The notes: generated by a model not told the origin, from the letters alone. A stretch of DNA of 32,000 nt from Allobaculum fili (GCF_020969955.1 NZ_JAHDSX010000019.1:1-32000); one strand, 5' to 3'; shown: positions 16,596-24,891, counted from the stretch's first letter. Made by a program: numbers and translations.

Positions 16596-17912
16596 ATGAA
16601 TAAGGAAAGTCCGCTCTATGCGGCGTATACGCAAATACTGAAGGACGAACTCATTCCCGCAATGGGATGCACGGAGCCGATTGCGATTGCCTATGCCGCG
16701 GCTAAAGCCAGAGACGTGCTTGGATGTCTGCCGGAGTCCGTAAATGTGTCCGTCAGCAGCAATATTATCAAAAACGTAAAAAGCGTCGTCGTTCCCAATA
16801 CGGACGGAAGCAAAGGCATTGCGGCCGCAGCCGCCGCGGGAATTGTGGCAGGAAAGGCGGATCAGGCGCTTGAAGTCATCGCTCAGGTCACTCCGGAGCA
16901 GAAAGCACAGATGTACGCCTTTTTGAAGCAGACGCCCATCACGGTCGAAGCAATCGATCATGGTCTCGTTTTTGATCTGATCGTCTCGCTTCAAAGCGGC
17001 CGGCAGACGTCTTCAGTCCGGATTGCCAACGCCCACACGCAAATTGTCTTCATTGAGAAAAATGGCCAGATACTTCTGGATCGAACCGATCAGATCGACA
17101 GCTCCTGCGCATACGATGGGGCGTTCAGAAGCGGACAGATCGATCCGGATCTTCTGACCGTCGAAAAGATTTATGAATTTGCAAACGACTGCGACATTGA
17201 AGATGTCCGGGCCGTTCTCGACCGTCAGATCGCGTACAATACGGCGATTGCCGAAGAAGGGCTGCGCCGCAGCTATGGCGCTAATATCGGATCGACGATG
17301 CTCAAATACTATGGCAATACCATACGCAATCGGGCGATCGCCAAAGCGGCAGCCGGATCGGATGCGCGCATGAGCGGCTGCGAGCTGCCCGTCATCATTA
17401 ATTCCGGTTCAGGAAACCAGGGCATGACGGTTTCCATCCCGGTCATTGAATACGCAAAGGAGCTGAACTCCAGCAAAGAGCAGCTGTACCGGGCTCTGGT
17501 GCTTTCCAATCTCATCGCCATTCACGAAAAGACCGGAATCGGGCGTCTGTCCGCCTACTGCGGAGCGGTCACAGCCGGCTGCGCGGCAGGATGCGGAATC
17601 GCCTTTTTACAGGGTGCGGATCGCAAGGCGATTGAACACACGCTGGTCAATTCGCTGGCGATCGTTTCGGGCATCATCTGCGATGGCGCCAAGCCAAGCT
17701 GTGCCGCGAAAATCGCTTCGAGCGTGGAAGCGGGCATTCTGGGCTATCACATGTACTTGAACGGCCAGGAATTTTTAGGCGGCGACGGCATTGTCACCAA
17801 AGGCGTGGAAAACACGATCCGAAATATCGGACGCCTTGGCCGGGAAGGCATGCGGCAGACCGATCAGGAAATCGTGCAGATCATGCTGGGCTGTTCGGAC
17901 CGCACGCTCTGA
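16596..17912 (+). CDS. UPF0597/YhaM (CyuA)-like L-cysteine desulfidase family protein (serine-dehydratase-alpha-like fold)
   Basis: GGAAGGAAAG RBS. The N-terminus ...ILKDELIPAMGCTEPIAIAYAAAKA matches the YhaM family signature. At 438 aa it is the typical length. Confidence 0.9.
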   Translation: MNKESPLYAAYTQILKDELIPAMGCTEPIAIAYAAAKARDVLGCLPESVNVSVSSNIIKNVKSVVVPNTDGSKGIAAAAAAGIVAGKADQALEVIAQVTPEQKAQMYAFLKQTPITVEAIDHGLVFDLIVSLQSGRQTSSVRIANAHTQIVFIEKNGQILLDRTDQIDSSCAYDGAFRSGQIDPDLLTVEKIYEFANDCDIEDVRAVLDRQIAYNTAIAEEGLRRSYGANIGSTMLKYYGNTIRNRAIAKAAAGSDARMSGCELPVIINSGSGNQGMTVSIPVIEYAKELNSSKEQLYRALVLSNLIAIHEKTGIGRLSAYCGAVTAGCAAGCGIAFLQGADRKAIEHTLVNSLAIVSGIICDGAKPSCAAKIASSVEAGILGYHMYLNGQEFLGGDGIVTKGVENTIRNIGRLGREGMRQTDQEIVQIMLGCSDRTL

Positions 17913-18062
17913 GTCCTGCAGAGCTTTTCAAGGCAAAGTCCATAAAATCAAACGAATCGAATGAAAAGATCGCCGAATGGAAAAGGATTGTCTGCCGGTT
18001 CGGCTATAATTCCCCAAACAGAGCGGATTCCAGACGTTCCGGACGCCCGTGAGGCGGCCGCA

Positions 18063-18077
18063 TTCCGGAATCCGGAA
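18063..18077. promoter_or_regulatory. Perfect 7-1-7 palindrome TTCCGGA-A-TCCGGAA immediately upstream of the RBS of the CoADR-rhodanese gene
   Basis: Read directly. It lies 3 nt before the AGGAG RBS and 11 nt before ATG 18088. A related half-site (gttccgga) occurs at about 18035-18042. Confidence 0.3.
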
Positions 18078-18087
18078 AGGAGTTTTT

Positions 18088-19779
18088 ATGAAAGTCGTTA
18101 TTGTTGGCGGAGTAGCCGGCGGCGCCACAGCAGCTGCCCGCATCCGCCGTCTGGATGAGCAGGCGCAGATTACGGTATTTGAACGCTCGCATCATATTTC
18201 GTATGCCAACTGCGGCCTGCCGTATTACATTGGCGGCGTTATTTCCGACCGCCGCGATCTCACGCTCCAGACCCCGGAAAGCTTCGACGCGCGCTTTCGC
18301 GTAAACATGAAAGTCCGTCATGAAGTGACCGCCATTCATCCCGATCGTAAAACTGTCTCGGTGACGAATCTGGAAACCGGGGAAACGTTTGAAGAACCGT
18401 ATGACAAGCTGCTGCTTTCCCCAGGCGCAAGACCGGTGCTTCCGCGTTTAACCGGCATGGACGCCGATCAGCTGTTCACGCTGCGTACGGTAGAAGATAC
18501 GCTTCGCGTCAAGGACTATATCGATACGCATCATCCCAGATCGGTCGTTCTGGCCGGCGGCGGCTTTATCGGCATGGAGCTGGCGGAAAATCTGCGCGAA
18601 CTTGGCATCGACGTGACCATCGTGCAGCGACCGAAACAGCTCATGAACCCGTTTGATCCGGACATGGCGGCGCTGATTCAGGGCGAAATGCGGCGGCATG
18701 GCGTAAAGCTGGCTCTCGGCCAGACGGTAGAAGGATTTCGAAAAAAGGAAAACGGTGTGGATGTTCTGCTCAAGGAGCAGGCGCCTCTTCACGCCGACAT
18801 GGTCATTCTGGCTATCGGCGTCGCGCCGGATTCAAAGCTGGCCAAGGACGCCGGTCTGAAGCTGGGCATCAAGGACAGCATTCTCGTCAACGAGCGCATG
18901 GAAACGTCCGTTCCGGACATTTACGCCGTCGGCGATGCTGTTCAGGTTTCTCATTATGTAACCGGCGATCCGGCCCTGATCGCACTGGCCGGCCCGGCGA
19001 ATAAACAGGGACGCATTGCAGCCGATAACATCTGCGGCAAGGACAGCCATTACAAAGGCTCGCAGGGCAGCAGCATTCTGAAAGTCTTTGACCTCGATGC
19101 CGCCGTCACCGGGCTAAGTGAGACGGCCGCCCGCAAAGCCGGTCTCGATGTCGACTCCGTCATTCTTTCTCCGATGAGCCATGCCGGCTATTATCCCGGC
19201 GGCAAAGTCATGACTATGAAAGTCGTCTTTGAAAAGGGAACGTACCGTCTTCTCGGCGCGCAGATCGTCGGCTATGAAGGAGTGGACAAGCGCATCGATG
19301 TGCTGGCGACCGCCCTTCACTGCAAAATGAACGCGGTCGATCTCAAGGATCTCGATCTGGCGTACGCTCCGCCGTATTCCTCGGCAAAAGATCCTGTAAA
19401 CATGGCGGGATTCATGATCGAAAACATCCGGGACGGCATTTTGAAGCAGTGGCATCTCGACGATCTGGAGGCGATCGAACACAATCCCGATGTAACCCGG
19501 CTCGATGTGCGCACGAATGGAGAATATGCGTGGGGCCATATCGAAGGCTTTCTAAATATTCCTGTCGATGAACTGCGCGGGTGCCTGAATGAACTTGATC
19601 CCAGAAAACCGGTTTACGTCATCTGCCAGAGCGGTCTGCGCAGCTACATCGCCTGCCGGATTCTGGAAGCCAACGGGTTTGACTGCTACAACTTTGCCGG
19701 CGGATATCGCTTTTACGATGAAGTTACGCACGAACGGCAGCTGGTGGAATCGGCCTTCCCCTGCGGCATGGATCGATAA
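18088..19779 (+). CDS. CoA-disulfide / persulfide reductase family flavoprotein with C-terminal rhodanese domain (CoADR-RHD)
   Basis: MKVVIVGGVAGGATAAARIRRL (FAD fold), redox Cys in SYANCGLPYY, second Rossmann fold VVLAGGGFIGMELAE. The C-terminal rhodanese has an active-site loop VYVICQSGLRS. AAAGGAG RBS before ATG 18088. Confidence 0.9.
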   Translation: MKVVIVGGVAGGATAAARIRRLDEQAQITVFERSHHISYANCGLPYYIGGVISDRRDLTLQTPESFDARFRVNMKVRHEVTAIHPDRKTVSVTNLETGETFEEPYDKLLLSPGARPVLPRLTGMDADQLFTLRTVEDTLRVKDYIDTHHPRSVVLAGGGFIGMELAENLRELGIDVTIVQRPKQLMNPFDPDMAALIQGEMRRHGVKLALGQTVEGFRKKENGVDVLLKEQAPLHADMVILAIGVAPDSKLAKDAGLKLGIKDSILVNERMETSVPDIYAVGDAVQVSHYVTGDPALIALAGPANKQGRIAADNICGKDSHYKGSQGSSILKVFDLDAAVTGLSETAARKAGLDVDSVILSPMSHAGYYPGGKVMTMKVVFEKGTYRLLGAQIVGYEGVDKRIDVLATALHCKMNAVDLKDLDLAYAPPYSSAKDPVNMAGFMIENIRDGILKQWHLDDLEAIEHNPDVTRLDVRTNGEYAWGHIEGFLNIPVDELRGCLNELDPRKPVYVICQSGLRSYIACRILEANGFDCYNFAGGYRFYDEVTHERQLVESAFPCGMDR

Positions 19780-19877
19780 GAAAGATCCGGCACAGACAAG
19801 CCGCTGAAAAAGAAACATCTGAAACAGAGCGGGAAAAAGAACGGCTGAAAAGAAATTCATAAACATAAAAAGGAATA

Positions 19878-19925
19878 CAGGGACGAACATGGCCTTTCGC
19901 GGTGTTCGTCCCTGTCCGTTTTCTG
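19878..19925 (+). terminator. Terminator of the CoADR-RHD gene (12-bp stem)
   Basis: cagggacgaaca (19878-19889) / tgttcgtccctg (19903-19914), followed by tccgttttct. Confidence 0.65.
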
Positions 19926-19969
19926 CATGTCCGGTGAAAACTGGAAACCCAAAGTCCCGGACGAAGCAC

Positions 19970-20017
19970 AAAAAAATCTGTACCCGATCTGCCGGAGCAG
20001 AATTCAAGGTACAGATT
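19970..20017 (-). terminator. Terminator of the C39-like membrane protein gene
   Basis: The minus strand reads aatctgtacc-(23 nt)-ggtacagatt followed by TTTTTTT (the + strand A-run 19970-19976). Confidence 0.7.
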
Positions 20018-20033
20018 TTCATTTCAATGGAGT

Positions 20034-21251
20034 TTAGAGCCAGAAGGCAAAGGCAGCAGTAATGGAATCGATGATGGATGCTGGATCGACAGCCGATGCC
20101 GGGGCGGAAGATGTCGGATCCTGAATGATCCACATGCCGTTTTCATCTACGCCAGTCGCTACGAGGAAATGCGGATTTTCGTTGTCGCCCTGCTGGAGAA
20201 TGACAATATCGCCGGCGGCAAGCGCGTCTCCGATCTGCGTCTGGTAAGCGGGCAGCGGATTCATCGGAATGCCCCAGTTTAAAGCGGCTCCCGCGAAAAT
20301 GGAATCGCCGTCGCGAGCGGGCGTTAGATCGTATTCATATTGACGGGCAAAATCCGCAACCGTAACGGGGTTGAACGTCGGATCCTGAAGAAGCCAGGAG
20401 AACACTTCGGAAATGGCGGTCGGGGCGCCTCCGGTCTGTACGAACAGGCCGTTTCCATACTGCATATAGCCCCAGTCCGGATTGGCAGTTTTCAGATCCT
20501 GCAGCGCGTCGGTTGCAATCTGCGCGTCCCGGTTGCCGTCCTTGTTGGCACTCGGATAAGCGAGAATGAAATCCACCATGGATGGATCCGAGGCGGCCAG
20601 ATTGACGATGGCTCCAGGCCATGCCGAAGAATCGGTAAAGAACTGCTCGAACAGACGGACTTTTTCCGGCTGCTCCGGAACCGTAATTTCACTGGTCGCA
20701 TTCAGCTGATCCCGTGCAGCTGCATCGCCGTTTTTGGCGGCTTCGATCGTTGTCAGAAAGGATTGATCGTACGCGTCGAGAGCGGCCTGCTTCATTGTGT
20801 TAAATGCGCCTTCGTCCCAGTCGTCCGGCTTAACGGCATTGTTGACCAGGGCGGTAAAGTCATCGTACTGCTTCATCGCCTCGGTTTCGGCGGTCTGGTA
20901 TGCCGAAGAAGAAGGCATGCCTGATTTGTGATGGAGATAGACGACCGCAAGCAGAGACGTCAGCGTCACGGCCAGAACCAGAATCAGAACGGGAAGAACA
21001 AGCGATCCCTTTCGTTTCTTTGGCTTTGCCGGTGCCGGCTGCGCTTTGCGCGAGCGGGAAGACCGGGATGGAAGATCGACTTCATAGTCGTCTTCTTCGT
21101 CATAGTTTTCGTCATCCCAGAGCTCTTCATCCGCGAGATCTTCATCAAATAACTGACGCTCTTCCTTTGGGGAAGGGCGCCTGGACGCTTCGCGAGTGGC
21201 AGCCTCCCGATTCGCCTTGCGGCTTTTTGGTTTTTCTGTGTTATTTTTCAT
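20034..21251 (-). CDS. Single-pass membrane protein with extracytoplasmic C39-like (papain-fold) domain lacking the nucleophile Cys
   Basis: A charged N-terminal tail is followed by a TM helix (LVLPVLILVLAVTLTSLLAVVYL). The C-terminal region reads LKTANPDWGYMQYGNGLFVQTGGAPTAISEVF...GDIVILQQGDNENPHFLVATGVDENGMWIIQDP. It parallels the C39-like pattern D.RWG...YG......GCGPT.LSMV...GHF.V..G......V.DP. Confidence 0.75.
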   Translation of the reverse strand: MKNNTEKPKSRKANREAATREASRRPSPKEERQLFDEDLADEELWDDENYDEEDDYEVDLPSRSSRSRKAQPAPAKPKKRKGSLVLPVLILVLAVTLTSLLAVVYLHHKSGMPSSSAYQTAETEAMKQYDDFTALVNNAVKPDDWDEGAFNTMKQAALDAYDQSFLTTIEAAKNGDAAARDQLNATSEITVPEQPEKVRLFEQFFTDSSAWPGAIVNLAASDPSMVDFILAYPSANKDGNRDAQIATDALQDLKTANPDWGYMQYGNGLFVQTGGAPTAISEVFSWLLQDPTFNPVTVADFARQYEYDLTPARDGDSIFAGAALNWGIPMNPLPAYQTQIGDALAAGDIVILQQGDNENPHFLVATGVDENGMWIIQDPTSSAPASAVDPASIIDSITAAFAFWL

Positions 21252-21257
21252 GACGAT

Positions 21258-21266
21258 ATTTTAACA
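21258..21266 (-). promoter_or_regulatory. Extended -10 element (TGtTAAAAT) 6 nt upstream of ATG 21251, candidate leaderless promoter
   Basis: The minus strand reads ccgtaTGtTAAAATatcgtcATG. There is no Shine-Dalgarno sequence. Confidence 0.35.
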
Positions 21267-21444
21267 TACGGCTGTTCCCGGTCGAATACGCCATACTAAA
21301 TTCAGCCAAATTGATGGGCACGCCAGCGCTTTGTCAACGCTGACGCACTAGACGCGGCACGATATGAAAACCTTTTCCTTTTTTACAGGACGAGCCCAAA
21401 GAAAAAATACGGCGCAATTTGGAAAAGCTGCGCCGCTTAGAAAA

Positions 21445-21472
21445 TTGAAAGCTGAAAGATTTCTTTTACAAT
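21445..21472 (+). promoter_or_regulatory. Candidate sigma-A promoter in the GDPD leader
   Basis: TTGAAA (21445-21450), 16 nt, TACAAT (21467-21472). Confidence 0.4.
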
Positions 21473-21484
21473 ACCGTATTGTGT

Positions 21485-21507
21485 GCCGCCCATTTCGCGG
21501 CGTTTTT
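21485..21507 (+). terminator. Small terminator-like hairpin directly after the candidate promoter (possible attenuator)
   Basis: gccgc-ccatttc-gcggc then g and TTTTT. The stem is only 5 bp, all G/C. Confidence 0.3.
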
Positions 21508-21614
21508 GAAAGCGCACAGGATCCGATTGCCCAATGCGGCTTCTGGTTTCAACGGTCGGAACGCTCTTAGCATCCGCTATAAATGAAAAGGCCAGAACTG
21601 GAAACAGGAGAGAC

Positions 21615-22847
21615 ATGAATACAAACCATAACGATACAAACCCAAATCCGTCTGCTTCTTCCCGACTCGAAGAGAAGGACTGGCAATGGGAAAGTCCGGA
21701 AGAAAAAGAACGAAACGACAGGCTGTTTTCCTCAAGCGCTGCCGATTCGCTGGCCTCTCTTTCCAGAACACCGGACAAAACCGGCCGACGGACCCGAAAA
21801 AACACAGAACAGACGATGAAGAAAACGGCTTTGAAAAAAGAGCCGGCCAGTCGCGCCGATCAGAGCGCTCACTCTGCCGCTTCTTCAGCGTCAAATCGGA
21901 CGAGTGCGCGAAAAGCCGGGAAGCAGGCGGCGCGAACGTCCGCAGGAAAACCTGTGAAGAAGCACCATTTTATGCGACGTACGCTGATCGGCCTGCTGGC
22001 GTTTGCGGCGGCCTCCTTTGGGGCGTATAAAATTTATCCGCTCGTGGCCGGACCGCAGATCGGCTCCGCCTCGCTTTCTTCCGAGCAGATCGATGAAATG
22101 GTCCGCAGCCGTCTGATGAACCAGACGAGCCGCAATCTGCAGCGCATTCCCGTCTTCGCGCACCGCGGCTTTGTCGAAGACAATCTGGACAATACGTTCG
22201 CTTCGTTCGATCTGGCGCTGCTTTCCGGCTGCCCCCAGGTCGAGCTGGATGTACGCACCAGTTCGGACGGTGTGCTGTATGTCTGCCACGACGATTCGCT
22301 GAAAGGACCGGCGGGTCTGGACTGGAACATTACCGAACATACGAGCGAAGAACTCGACCAGATCATTTTGCATAACGGAGAAAAGCTGCACCGCCTGTCG
22401 GAAGTAATCGGCCGCTATCGCGATCAGCTCATTTACCTGATTGAATTCAAGGACGATCGAAACGATCCTCAGCCGTTTCTGGATGTCGTCGAAGCGTATC
22501 CCCAGTACGCTTACACGATGCAGGTGCAGTCCTTTTATACCGGCATTCTCGAAGCCATCCACGAAAAGCTGCCGAACATGTTTGTTCAGCTGCTCGTCAA
22601 TAAATATACGGAAATCGATCCGGCGCTAGGCTGCGACTGGCTGGATTCGCTTGCGCTCGATGAAAAGCTCATTTCGCAAAAGCGGATCGAGCAGATCCAT
22701 GCGGCAGGCAAGGAAGTCTGGCTCTGGACCGTCGATGATCCCGATGCCATTCACCGCTATCTCTCATGGGGTGCTGACGGGGTCATTACCGACACGGAAA
22801 ACGCCGTCCTCATTTATAAGGAAATGGCACAGAGCGCACAAAACTGA
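21615..22847 (+). CDS. Membrane-anchored glycerophosphodiester phosphodiesterase (GDPD family)
   Basis: GDPD signature VFAHRGF..DNLDNTFASFDLALLSGCPQVELDVRTSSDGVLYVCHDDSL, and a C-terminal EVWLWTVDD...GADGVITD. A long disordered N-terminal tail precedes a TM helix (LIGLLAFAAASFGAY). AGGAGAG RBS before ATG 21615. Internal ATGs are alternative starts. Confidence 0.85.
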   Translation: MNTNHNDTNPNPSASSRLEEKDWQWESPEEKERNDRLFSSSAADSLASLSRTPDKTGRRTRKNTEQTMKKTALKKEPASRADQSAHSAASSASNRTSARKAGKQAARTSAGKPVKKHHFMRRTLIGLLAFAAASFGAYKIYPLVAGPQIGSASLSSEQIDEMVRSRLMNQTSRNLQRIPVFAHRGFVEDNLDNTFASFDLALLSGCPQVELDVRTSSDGVLYVCHDDSLKGPAGLDWNITEHTSEELDQIILHNGEKLHRLSEVIGRYRDQLIYLIEFKDDRNDPQPFLDVVEAYPQYAYTMQVQSFYTGILEAIHEKLPNMFVQLLVNKYTEIDPALGCDWLDSLALDEKLISQKRIEQIHAAGKEVWLWTVDDPDAIHRYLSWGADGVITDTENAVLIYKEMAQSAQN

Positions 22848-22915
22848 GTTCGACAGGAAATGCGTACTTCCAGACGCGTCTGAAGAATTGAGCAGTACAG
22901 GAATTGGAAACAAAA

Positions 22916-22954
22916 GGCAGAAGAAAAGGGGGTTCCGCTTTCCTTCTGCCTTTT
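22916..22954 (+). terminator. Rho-independent terminator of the GDPD gene
   Basis: ggcagaag (22916-22923) / cttctgcc (22943-22950) followed by TTTT. Confidence 0.7.
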
Positions 22955-23008
22955 GAAGTTCTGGAAAATGAAAAGATAATCCGAAAATTAGCAGAAAGAC
23001 CCACCTGT

Positions 23009-23060
23009 CCGGAAAAGATAAAATCCCTGCAAAACCGTTCGCGTTTTCCATCTTTTCCGG
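23009..23060. repeat. Perfect 11-bp inverted repeat ccggaaaagat / atcttttccgg with 30-nt spacer in the ftsA upstream region
   Basis: Read directly: 23009-23019 is the reverse complement of 23050-23060. No U-tract follows on either strand. Confidence 0.9.
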
Positions 23061-23249
23061 ATCAAAGAGGGATCTGAAATGAGAACAGCCGGGCGGGCAA
23101 ACGAGTCACTGCCTCGCCAGAAAAGAAACAGAATGAAAAAGGAACCGGCAGCCCGTCTGAAATCGGTGCCGTTTCCATCGGACTGAACCTGGCGCACCGC
23201 CAAAAAGCACCGGCGTGCGGAAAAAGAAAATGCCGGTGAAAAAGGAAAA

Positions 23250-23279
23250 ATTCAAAGACATTCGGGCAAAATGTTATAC
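23250..23279 (+). promoter_or_regulatory. Candidate ftsAZ promoter with extended -10
   Basis: TTCAAA (23250-23255), 18 nt including TGt, TATACT (23274-23279). It lies about 130 nt upstream of ftsA. Confidence 0.35.
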
Positions 23280-23408
23280 TGAAGGTCGCGTCTTCCCAAA
23301 GAAGAGCGTCCTGTCTGAAATAAAGCGATTTCTGGTTTGCGGGCAGGGAATACAAATGAATTTCCAAATGCTTGAGCATATAATATAAAACAGAGTGAAG
23401 GAGATCTT

Positions 23409-24665
23409 ATGGCGAAAAAAAGTGTCTACGCTTCCATCGAAATTGCCGACCGGGAAGTACGGCTTGCAGTCGTGGAAATCTTTAATAACCGAAGCAATGT
23501 TTTACGCGTGGAGCGCTGCGCACACTCCGGTATCTCCAACGGAAAGATTACCGATGAAAAAGAAGTAACCAACGCCGTGAAACAGGCCCTCAGTCAGGCA
23601 GAAAATGCGCTTGGCTACCGCATCGAACGCGTTCTGCTCGCGGTTCCCAGCCGCGGCGTCAAAAACGTCAATACCAAAGTGCACATCGATATCGACGACG
23701 GTACGCATACCGTTCGCCGCTTCCATCTTCAGCAGGGGCTGAAGACGGCGATGCATGCCGCAAGCTTTGACGACGAAGTGCTGATCAACGTCAACCGGAT
23801 TCAGTATTTCATCGGGGCCACCCATCTTGATGAGATGCCGTTTGGCTGCGATGCGGCGGAATTCGATATGGACGTCGATCTGCTGTATGGAAACCGGGAA
23901 CTGGTGTTCTCCTATGTCAAGGCAGTGGAAGATGCCGGCATTCAGGTCATGGACATTGCGGTCGATCTGTACGCAGCCGCAAAGGAAACCGGATCGCTTC
24001 TGCAGTCCGCGGACGCGCCGGTCATTCTGATCAGCCTGGAGGCCGATCATACCGCGCTGGCCCTGCTCAATCAGAACAAAATCGCCTTCTGTGCTGTGAT
24101 TGATCAGGGATACCAGTCCTTCATTGAAAAGCTTCAGGATCGCTATCAGCTTTCCGACAGCGCCGCATGGCGTCTGCTCGAAAACCTCTTCAGCGTTCCG
24201 AAGGAAGACGATGAGGACCGTGTGATCTACATTGAACAGCAGGAAAATCGCCGTGTGGAAATCACTCGAAAAGAACTGGCCGATGCCGTTCTGCCCCGCA
24301 TGCGCAGCTGGATCGCGGAAATCAATGCCGCCTGTCAGGCGATTGTAAGCCAGACCAAAGCCCGCTATCTGATTACCGGTCAGGGCTCGAACATTCCGGT
24401 TCTGCGCGATCTGCTCAAGGATTTCAATGCGTCTGCGGACGTTTATTCCGTTTCGAGCATCGGTGCCCGCAGCGGATGCTTTGTCGTGCCGCTGGGCATG
24501 GCGTACGTCTGGGAAGACGGCAATGAAATTCAGGGCCGCGACAAAATTTCCGTCAATAACAACGAACTGGAAGAAAGCATCGAGTCCATTACCCGCTATG
24601 TCAAAGATGAAGAAGGCGGATTTACCCGTAAGCTCAAGCGCGTAATACTTACGTCGAAAAACTAG
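23409..24665 (+). CDS. ftsA: Cell division protein FtsA (actin-like ATPase)
   Basis: GAAGGAG RBS. N-terminus VYASIEIADREVRLAVVE.., an actin-fold layout, and a C-terminal amphipathic segment (GGFTRKLKRVIL). It lies immediately upstream of ftsZ. Confidence 0.9.
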   Translation: MAKKSVYASIEIADREVRLAVVEIFNNRSNVLRVERCAHSGISNGKITDEKEVTNAVKQALSQAENALGYRIERVLLAVPSRGVKNVNTKVHIDIDDGTHTVRRFHLQQGLKTAMHAASFDDEVLINVNRIQYFIGATHLDEMPFGCDAAEFDMDVDLLYGNRELVFSYVKAVEDAGIQVMDIAVDLYAAAKETGSLLQSADAPVILISLEADHTALALLNQNKIAFCAVIDQGYQSFIEKLQDRYQLSDSAAWRLLENLFSVPKEDDEDRVIYIEQQENRRVEITRKELADAVLPRMRSWIAEINAACQAIVSQTKARYLITGQGSNIPVLRDLLKDFNASADVYSVSSIGARSGCFVVPLGMAYVWEDGNEIQGRDKISVNNNELEESIESITRYVKDEEGGFTRKLKRVILTSKN

Positions 24666-24891
24666 CGGCTTCACCCTTGCCGGAAAAACGAATCATACGA
24701 TTCGGATTTGACGCAAGATTGGAAAACAGAAAACCAAAAACGGAAATATCCGACAGAAAACCTGTACGATAGGATATCAGGACAAATGAGCGTAAAATGC
24801 GGCCATACAGGCGCATATCGCGCTTGTCTGAAGTCTTTATGGACATAGGATTATCGAACCATCGAAACAAGGAATAAAGGAGAGTATTCAC

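Noticed and set aside
23079-23186. 35-aa basic ORF (MRTAGRANESLPRQKRNRMKKEPAARLKSVPFPSD) with a GAGGG RBS in the ftsA upstream region
   Set aside because: The RBS spacing is acceptable, but the peptide has no recognisable features and the surrounding sequence gives no further support. I did not call it as a feature. It would need ribosome profiling or conservation evidence.
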